DNA of 63,722 bases, counting the filler, from Microthyrium microscopicum (Eukaryota): the NCBI GenBank assembly GCA_010405405.1. It is 26 parts of 25 records of this genome, joined end to end, with 100 filler letters (N's around TTAATTAATTAA, not from the genome) between each part and the next. Parts side by side here need not be neighbours in the genome. Positions count along the whole stretch, not along the records: positions 10,855 to 17,559 come from MU004254.1; positions 17,660 to 24,303 come from MU004255.1; 24 more parts are not named here. One strand, written 5' to 3'. Within the stretch, counting starts at the first letter, position 1. Every line of letters begins with the position of its first letter. This document shows positions 14,101 through 21,400 of the stretch, one piece after another. The notes beneath the pieces were generated by a model that saw only the letters and a program-made list of their open reading frames with translations, was not told the origin of the DNA and searched no databases. A program made the position numbers and the translations under genes.

Positions 14101-16722
14101 GTCTGGTGGTGGCTGATGAAGTGTATATAGCTGTTGGGTAAGACAGCTGGCAATGGCAATGAGGGAGCCGTTGTCGTGAAGGATTTGGGCCGTGGAGCCC
14201 TTGAACCATACACCAACGGAGGTCTCCAGGCCGTTGCGTGTGAGAAGGAGAGTTCTCAAGGAGATGATGTTGAACGAGAGTCCAGGGACGTAAGCAACGT
14301 TATTGAGAACGAATTGCTTATTGACACGAACCCCATTTTCATCGTCAACCCAGGTAGGAATGTAGGCAGTTCCAATGCCCATGATATCGACGCTGCCGCC
14401 GAGTCCGGTCAGTTGACCATTTCCAGGTCCTTCAGAGGTGAAACCATTTTTGAACCATGAGGAATCGCCAGTGACATGACGGGACGAGCCAGAGTCAAGC
14501 ACCCAGCCTTCTTTTGCCTTTGCGGCGTAGACCATTTGAATGTCCTTGTCGGCATTTATGGCAGAGAGAGCAATAGAGTTGACATGTTCAGTGACTTGGT
14601 CAATCATGATGTAGCATGAATTTGTCTCAGAGTCATCACCTTCGTTGTTAAAGGCTTCGTTGGTGATGCAGTTGACTTGACCTTGTTGATCATTGAAGTC
14701 TCGCTTGTCGACTTGTTGCTGACCGCGTTGAGCCCGATGAGGTGGGCCGGAAGGGCGACGCTGCTGAGGACGACCCTGTTTTGATCGATTTGACTGAGAG
14801 CGGCCTTGCTGAGGGCGGTTCTGCGAGGATGAGGCCCCTTTGACGTTGAAGTCGTTGGGCTTGTTCATGAGTTCGCGGGCGCGTTTCTCGATGAGCTCGT
14901 TCATCCGTTGTCTCTTGTCGAAGTGAGCTTTCTTGAGCTCAGCATTGGCGGGTCGGTCGAAGCAACCACCTGGACCATCAAAGTCGCCGTGGGACGACTG
15001 CTTGGGATGTTTTGGACATGACCTATTTTGCGACTTGTTATAGGCGGCGAGGGCAATGTCCGTTTCTTGCTTCAAGTCTTCCTCAGTGACTACCGTGTTG
15101 GCAATCTCATTGAAGTCGACGAGGGGTTCCTTGGCTGTGGGATCCCAGTACTTCTCATTTTGATGGAGAGGGGTGACCACATTATCCAGGACCGCAGGGA
15201 CGTTCTTCAGGAATAAGACGTTCCAGAAGCAGTCTGGTATCTCCCAACCTTCACCGAGGACACGGAAGTCATCCTTAAGTTCAAGGATGCTATCGCGAAG
15301 AGCAATTGCTGAACCATTTGGCCGTTGGGTGCAGTCTTGGAGCTTGTCGAAGATTCTTTTGACGTGGGCGAAGCCAGATGGTCGGTAGCGCACAGCAAGG
15401 AGTTCGAGGGCTTTTTGAGCGTTATCAAAGTCGACAATCTTTGACTCAACTTCGTTGTCGACAGCTTCTCGAAGGATTGCACAGGCCTGGCGATTAAAAT
15501 GATGCCAGTAGTCCTTGTTCCCCTTGCTGCCGTTGAGGAGATGGGCCTCTGAGCCATCGAACCAGCCCCAGAGATTGCCTTCCTTCGCAATGTTGCGGAA
15601 ACGAGTCCTCCAGAGCTTCCAGTTCAGTGAGCCAATGAGGCGTTCGTACTTCGTTGATCGAATCGCCTTTTTGATAGACTCAGGAGTTGGCCTGGTCTCA
15701 TCAGTAGAGAGAACTTTGGAGGCGTCAGTTCCGGTTGGAGCAGGTGTGCCAGTTGGAGCAGGTGTGCCAAGATTAATGGCTGCGGAGCGGCTGGTCCCAG
15801 GGCCTGTTGAGCCGGTGGCCTTCAAGGCAGAGAGTTCAGCGGTGAGTTCCTCGCGGATCTTCTCAGTTTGAGAGGCGAGGGCTTGATCGATGAGTTGCTG
15901 TATTAGCTCTGGATCCATCGCGGACCCGGAATTGGGCTTGGCTTTGTTTGCCTTGCTCTTCCGTTTGTTGGTATTGGTCGGCTCAATGTTGTCCGCGGGG
16001 GCCTTTCTTTTATTGCGAGTGTTGGGAGCCATTGGGTTAGTGATGAGTTCTTCTGGTTGATCAATCTCGCCAGAGTCGGACACAGGAGACGGGGCACGGG
16101 GTAATGATTTGTTGACTTGTGAATTTGAGGAGTCTGAGGAGTCTGAGGAATCTGAGGAATCTGAATCTGATGATGAGTCCACTGGATCCTCTGTGGGAGC
16201 GGCGGCTTTTATGCCCTTCGCTGGAGGTGTTTTCCCCCTGAAGAGTTCGTCGTCCAACTCCTGTGGAGATTGAGAGTCTTGCTCCTTTCTTCCACCGTTC
16301 GCTCCAGGCTGTTCGTCGTCAGTGTCACCGTCGTTGTCGGCGAAGCATTCGTCTAGTGGTTTCAATGTTGATACACTATCGACGGCAGCACTTCCGGCTG
16401 AGGTGCTGTTCAAGGGTTGATTGGACGTAAGCTTGAGTCGGTTATACTCATTCGCGTCTTGAATTGTTTCTGCCTTGGATTTAGCTTGCTCCTTTCCTTC
16501 GTCGGTTTGACGGTGAGCCTCAGCTTTGCGACGCTCGCTCTCGATGTGGAGATTGGCGAAGTAGTTGTCAGTGGTGTCCTTAACCTTCTGTCGAACTGCG
16601 TCGTTATGTGCCTTCTTGGCAGCGAGCTGTGCTTTTGTGGCTGCTTTTGCAGCTTTCTCAGTGGCCTTTCGAGCCTTTTCGGCATCTTTGGCGGATTTGT
16701 CATTGTCAAGGCGTTTTGTCAT
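11164..16722 (-). CDS. Ty1/copia Gag-Pol polyprotein (1852 aa from first in-frame ATG; frame open from TTG at 16758)
   Basis: Gag motif LIGSLNWKLWRTRF..LWGWFDG; protease WVLDSGSSRH; IN zinc finger LWHQRLGH..CQAC; IN core VHLDLGGP/RYDNGSEF/PEQNGVSER; RT QMDVKTAFL, LKQAPRIW, YVDDLL; RNase H TDSNW, SSCEAEY, KHIDIRYHF, ADGLTK. Confidence 0.96.
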   Translation of the reverse strand: MTKRLDNDKSAKDAEKARKATEKAAKAATKAQLAAKKAHNDAVRQKVKDTTDNYFANLHIESERRKAEAHRQTDEGKEQAKSKAETIQDANEYNRLKLTSNQPLNSTSAGSAAVDSVSTLKPLDECFADNDGDTDDEQPGANGGRKEQDSQSPQELDDELFRGKTPPAKGIKAAAPTEDPVDSSSDSDSSDSSDSSDSSNSQVNKSLPRAPSPVSDSGEIDQPEELITNPMAPNTRNKRKAPADNIEPTNTNKRKSKANKAKPNSGSAMDPELIQQLIDQALASQTEKIREELTAELSALKATGSTGPGTSRSAAINLGTPAPTGTPAPTGTDASKVLSTDETRPTPESIKKAIRSTKYERLIGSLNWKLWRTRFRNIAKEGNLWGWFDGSEAHLLNGSKGNKDYWHHFNRQACAILREAVDNEVESKIVDFDNAQKALELLAVRYRPSGFAHVKRIFDKLQDCTQRPNGSAIALRDSILELKDDFRVLGEGWEIPDCFWNVLFLKNVPAVLDNVVTPLHQNEKYWDPTAKEPLVDFNEIANTVVTEEDLKQETDIALAAYNKSQNRSCPKHPKQSSHGDFDGPGGCFDRPANAELKKAHFDKRQRMNELIEKRARELMNKPNDFNVKGASSSQNRPQQGRSQSNRSKQGRPQQRRPSGPPHRAQRGQQQVDKRDFNDQQGQVNCITNEAFNNEGDDSETNSCYIMIDQVTEHVNSIALSAINADKDIQMVYAAKAKEGWVLDSGSSRHVTGDSSWFKNGFTSEGPGNGQLTGLGGSVDIMGIGTAYIPTWVDDENGVRVNKQFVLNNVAYVPGLSFNIISLRTLLLTRNGLETSVGVWFKGSTAQILHDNGSLIAIASCLTQQLYTLHQPPPDTVLTLRERAVPAQLWHQRLGHIGENRIRKTLEGQIKLTRTHIGGCQACQKASQRRNNISSPAKDRATRRLERVHLDLGGPFTNPAASGKGQKLYWLVITDDYSRYRWVRFTTSKANVPFLIKEWKTWVEKEYDAEVKIMRYDNGSEFRNVDMDVMQRECGIRPEPTAPYNPEQNGVSERSMQTLGNVARALLYHANLPPTLFTEMISTAAVLSNIAATSSNDGKSPYFKFFGKKPDMRNLKVIGCQCWKTVPREQLKKTDPRSEKCFLLGYGRAGFGVQISSNQYRVWNTHKKIVEIVRDLHFEEDIFPETSDFPQHMFNVLQTDYTVLIASLCKLHLHDKSPSPSLEGERSSKRKAADCFEGENDVTNQSPLYDDMVTHDGELIRRVQDNEGDTCLTLFSQEPQPAWSETTFKDVTQRIAILAVAEKHQTIANALIAEQANFCLLGKDRNHLEPKSYNHMLRSPDVDKWMSAVNDECLSLKKNGTWEVVPRPEGAHIVSGRYVLKHKYDADGEIIRWKARWVARGFEQAYGVDYFETFASVVKSMSWRLLFALATLRGWHVHQMDVKTAFLYGDINTEGDCPDVYMELPPNEQQPGMVAKLRKAIYGLKQAPRIWQITLSKALAALGFVPCQYDESVFINHKTNIIIAVYVDDLLIFGEHIKAIEILKSKLTAKFEMTDLGEASHYLGIKIHKENLARGTRLTMSQGAYCKKIIEDFYFDGIDKGVKTPMLENCKLVSAPEGHKASDKDLKWYQSLVGSVMYLMLCTRPDLCYAISVLSRFSANPDKHHIAAGKHLLKYLSRTMNHGLVIKNSSKEVDLIGWTDSNWGGDEEKRRSTGGYVFKIGGMAISWSSKRQATVALSSCEAEYIAESEAAKEAVWLRGLLKAFGYKGPSAITINGDNYGALALAKNPQFHKRSKHIDIRYHFVRDRVAKGEIIMNWVPTAANTADGLTKPLVAIKYDNFVRDLGLVDLGNRA

Positions 16723-17450
16723 CTTGATGGCTACGTCTGGACGAAGGGATCTTGCCAAAGAGTAACTTGATGATCAAAAGCGAAGAAAGAATGATAGAGT
16801 AAAGTCTGTTTGATTTGCAAGAAGTGGTGTAGGTAGGAATGCTGTCTGCCAGCTCTCTATCTCACTTTGCCAGACGGTTTTTATACCCAAACTTTGCGGG
16901 ATTTTTGTCTTGTCTCTAAGGACGAATTGATTTGGCAGAGTTTTCATCTTGCAGGCTAATTTGGCAGAGTTTTTCATCTTGCCGGTTGATCTAGCAGAGT
17001 TTTCCTCTTGCTTTGGTTGCATAGTGGCATTTGACTCACTAAGTTACTGCAACGTAATACTCGGTATTCAGAGTTTTCCTCTTTTGATTGAATTTTCATT
17101 CAGAGTTTTCCTCTTGTTGAGGGGTGAAGCTTGTTGCTCAGTGACAACAGCGGTGTTCTATGCGTGGTTAGTGGGAACTGGCCTATGATAGGACCAAGAA
17201 CTTAGCGGTTATGCAGGGAGTATCCCGTTTGTGCAGATGAAGAATTTTTTTTTCAGTGTTCCATCCACCTCAGTAAGTGGTAAAACTTCTGCTTCGATAG
17301 TGGGCATCGCAGCCGGCCAAGGTAAATTGATGCTCGCTATCGTGAGAGAAAGGATAGTGATCGAGGCCGCCACTGGTTGGCGGCATCGTCGCGGAGGTAT
17401 GTTTGAACAACATAGCTTATGAGGAGAGCGGTAGTGGTGAACTGCGCACT

Positions 17451-17464
17451 CCGGGCTCATAACC
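17451..17464 (-). other. Primer-binding site GGTTATGAGCCCGG, complementary to the initiator tRNA-Met anticodon arm
   Basis: Directly adjacent to the LTR end. Same core as the PBS of yeast Ty5 and Drosophila copia (GGTTATGRGCCC). Confidence 0.9.
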
Positions 17465-17559
17465 TATTAGAAGATCACCAAAAGGGACAAAGGTTTGGTA
17501 GTAGAATATGAGATGGATTTTTCACTAAGTCCTCGATCTGAAGATCTGGGGGCTGTCTA
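17465..17559 (-). repeat. 5' LTR of copy A, partial (95 bp)
   Basis: Matches 10855-10949. Confidence 0.93.
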
Positions 17560-17659
17560 NNNNNNNNNNNNNNNNNNNNNNNNNNNNNNNNNNNNNNNNN
17601 NNNTTAATTAATTAANNNNNNNNNNNNNNNNNNNNNNNNNNNNNNNNNNNNNNNNNNNN

Positions 17660-17753
17660 AGACAGCCCCCAGATCTTCAGATCGAGGACTTAGTGAAAAA
17701 TCCATCTCATATTCTACTACCAAACCTTTGTCCCTTTTGGTGATCTTCTAATA
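17660..17753 (+). repeat. 5' LTR of copy B, partial (last 94 bp)
   Basis: Ends GGTGATCTTCTAATA immediately before the PBS; matches the distal part of the 154-bp LTR. Confidence 0.93.
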
Positions 17754-17767
17754 GGTTATGAGCCCGG
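17754..17767 (+). other. Primer-binding site GGTTATGAGCCCGG (half-tRNAiMet type)
   Basis: Abuts the LTR; reverse complement is CCGGGCTCATAACC, an anticodon arm containing CAT. Confidence 0.9.
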
Positions 17768-18102
17768 AGTGCGCAGTTCACCACTACCGCTCTCCTCATA
17801 AGCTATGTTGTTCAAACATACCTCCGCGACGATGCCGCCAACCAGTGGCGGCCTCGATCACTATCCTTTCTCTCACGATAGCGAGCATCAATTTACCTTG
17901 GCCGGCTGCGATGCCCACTATCGAAGCAGAAGTTTTACCACTTACTGAGGTGGATGGAACACTGAAAAAAAAATTCTTCATCTGCACAAACGGGATACTC
18001 CCTGCATAACCGCTAAGTTCTTGGTCCTATCATAGGCCAGTTCCCACTAACCACGCATAGAACACCGCTGTTGTCACTGAGCAACAAGCTTCACCCCTCA
18101 AC

Positions 18103-18441
18103 AAGAGGAAAACTCTGAATGAAAATTCAATCAAAAGAGGAAAACTCTGAATACCGAGTATTACGTTGCAGTAACTTAGTGAGTCAAATGCCACTATGCA
18201 ACCAAAGCAAGAGGAAAACTCTGCTAGATCAACCGGCAAGATGAAAAACTCTGCCAAATTAGCCTGCAAGATGAAAACTCTGCCAAATCAATTCGTCCTT
18301 AGAGACAAGACAAAAATCCCGCAAAGTTTGGGTATAAAAACCGTCTGGCAAAGTGAGATAGAGAGCTGGCAGACAGCATTCCTACCTACACCACTTCTTG
18401 CAAATCAAACAGACTTTACTCTATCATTCTTTCTTCGCTTT
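18103..18441 (+). promoter_or_regulatory. Putative internal promoter/enhancer in the 5' leader
   Basis: Five AAGAKGAAAA(A)CTCTG repeats (18103, 18135, 18209, 18238, 18268), TGAGTCA at 18180-18186, TATAAAAA at 18333-18340, pyrimidine tract ~18413-18441, then TCAAGATG start at 18496. Mirrored at 16777-17115 on the minus strand. Confidence 0.5.
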
Positions 18442-18495
18442 TGATCATCAAGTTACTCTTTGGCAAGATCCCTTCGTCCAGACGTAGCCATCAAG

Positions 18496-21400
18496 ATGAC
18501 AAAACGCCTTGACAATGACAAATCCGCCAAAGATGCCGAAAAGGCTCGAAAGGCCACTGAGAAAGCTGCAAAAGCAGCCACAAAAGCACAGCTCGCTGCC
18601 AAGAAGGCACATAACGACGCAGTTCGACAGAAGGTTAAGGACACCACTGACAACTACTTCGCCAATCTCCACATCGAGAGCGAGCGTCGCAAAGCTGAGG
18701 CTCACCGTCAAACCGACGAAGGAAAGGAGCAAGCTAAATCCAAGGCAGAAACAATTCAAGACGCGAATGAGTATAACCGACTCAAGCTTACGTCCAATCA
18801 ACCCTTGAACAGCACCTCAGCCGGAAGTGCTGCCGTCGATAGTGTATCAACATTGAAACCACTAGACGAATGCTTCGCCGACAACGACGGTGACACTGAC
18901 GACGAACAGCCTGGAGCGAACGGTGGAAGAAAGGAGCAAGACTCTCAATCTCCACAGGAGTTGGACGACGAACTCTTCAGGGGGAAAACACCTCCAGCGA
19001 AGGGCATAAAAGCCGCCGCTCCCACAGAGGATCCAGTGGACTCATCATCAGATTCAGATTCCTCAGATTCCTCAGACTCCTCAGACTCCTCAAATTCACA
19101 AGTCAACAAATCATTACCCCGTGCCCCGTCTCCTGTGTCCGACTCTGGCGAGATTGATCAACCAGAAGAACTCATCACTAACCCAATGGCTCCCAACACT
19201 CGCAATAAAAGAAAGGCCCCCGCGGACAACATTGAGCCGACCAATACCAACAAACGGAAGAGCAAGGCAAACAAAGCCAAGCCCAATTCCGGGTCCGCGA
19301 TGGATCCAGAGCTAATACAGCAACTCATCGATCAAGCCCTCGCCTCTCAAACTGAGAAGATCCGCGAGGAACTCACCGCTGAACTCTCTGCCTTGAAGGC
19401 CACCGGCTCAACAGGCCCTGGGACCAGCCGCTCCGCAGCCATTAATCTTGGCACACCTGCTCCAACTGGCACACCTGCTCCAACCGGAACTGACGCCTCC
19501 AAAGTTCTCTCTACTGATGAGACCAGGCCAACTCCTGAGTCTATCAAAAAGGCGATTCGATCAACGAAGTACGAACGCCTCATTGGCTCACTGAACTGGA
19601 AGCTCTGGAGGACTCGTTTCCGCAACATTGCGAAGGAAGGCAATCTCTGGGGCTGGTTCGATGGCTCAGAGGCCCATCTCCTCAACGGCAGCAAGGGGAA
19701 CAAGGACTACTGGCATCATTTTAATCGCCAGGCCTGTGCAATCCTTCGAGAAGCTGTCGACAACGAAGTTGAGTCAAAGATTGTCGACTTTGATAACGCT
19801 CAAAAAGCCCTCGAACTCCTTGCTGTGCGCTACCGACCATCTGGCTTCGCCCACGTCAAAAGAATCTTCGACAAGCTCCAAGACTGCACCCAACGGCCAA
19901 ATGGTTCAGCAATTGCTCTTCGCGATAGCATCCTTGAACTTAAGGATGACTTCCGTGTCCTCGGTGAAGGTTGGGAGATACCAGACTGCTTCTGGAACGT
20001 CTTATTCCTGAAGAACGTCCCTGCGGTCCTGGATAATGTGGTCACCCCTCTCCATCAAAATGAGAAGTACTGGGATCCCACAGCCAAGGAACCCCTCGTC
20101 GACTTCAATGAGATTGCCAACACGGTAGTCACTGAGGAAGACTTGAAGCAAGAAACGGACATTGCCCTCGCCGCCTATAACAAGTCGCAAAATAGGTCAT
20201 GTCCAAAACATCCCAAGCAGTCGTCCCACGGCGACTTTGATGGTCCAGGTGGTTGCTTCGACCGACCCGCCAATGCTGAGCTCAAGAAAGCTCACTTCGA
20301 CAAGAGACAACGGATGAACGAGCTCATCGAGAAACGCGCCCGCGAACTCATGAACAAGCCCAACGACTTCAACGTCAAAGGGGCCTCATCCTCGCAGAAC
20401 CGCCCTCAGCAAGGCCGCTCTCAGTCAAATCGATCAAAACAGGGTCGTCCTCAGCAGCGTCGCCCTTCCGGCCCACCTCATCGGGCTCAACGCGGTCAGC
20501 AACAAGTCGACAAGCGAGACTTCAATGATCAACAAGGTCAAGTCAACTGCATCACCAACGAAGCCTTTAACAACGAAGGTGATGACTCTGAGACAAATTC
20601 ATGCTACATCATGATTGACCAAGTCACTGAACATGTCAACTCTATTGCTCTCTCTGCCATAAATGCCGACAAGGACATTCAAATGGTCTACGCCGCAAAG
20701 GCAAAAGAAGGCTGGGTGCTTGACTCTGGCTCGTCCCGTCATGTCACTGGCGATTCCTCATGGTTCAAAAATGGTTTCACCTCTGAAGGACCTGGAAATG
20801 GTCAACTGACCGGACTCGGCGGCAGCGTCGATATCATGGGCATTGGAACTGCCTACATTCCTACCTGGGTTGACGATGAAAATGGGGTTCGTGTCAATAA
20901 GCAATTCGTTCTCAATAACGTTGCTTACGTCCCTGGACTCTCGTTCAACATCATCTCCTTGAGAACTCTCCTTCTCACACGCAACGGCCTGGAGACCTCC
21001 GTTGGTGTATGGTTCAAGGGCTCCACGGCCCAAATCCTTCACGACAACGGCTCCCTCATTGCCATTGCCAGCTGTCTTACCCAACAGCTATATACACTTC
21101 ATCAGCCACCACCAGACACTGTTCTTACGCTTAGGGAACGTGCAGTGCCTGCCCAGCTGTGGCATCAACGACTTGGCCATATTGGTGAAAACCGTATTCG
21201 CAAGACCCTTGAGGGCCAAATCAAACTCACTCGGACCCACATCGGGGGATGTCAGGCTTGTCAAAAGGCCAGCCAACGGAGAAACAATATCTCTTCGCCG
21301 GCCAAAGACAGAGCCACAAGAAGACTCGAAAGAGTTCACTTGGATCTCGGTGGTCCGTTCACCAACCCTGCCGCCAGCGGCAAAGGCCAGAAACTTTACT

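Larger units (their letters stand above)
10855..17559 (-). mobile_element. Intact Ty1/copia LTR retrotransposon, copy A (complete 3' LTR, 5' LTR truncated by contig end)
   Basis: LTR-PBS-leader-single gag-pol ORF (PR-IN-RT-RH order)-PPT-LTR on the minus strand. GC-balanced with normal CpA content. Confidence 0.97.
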
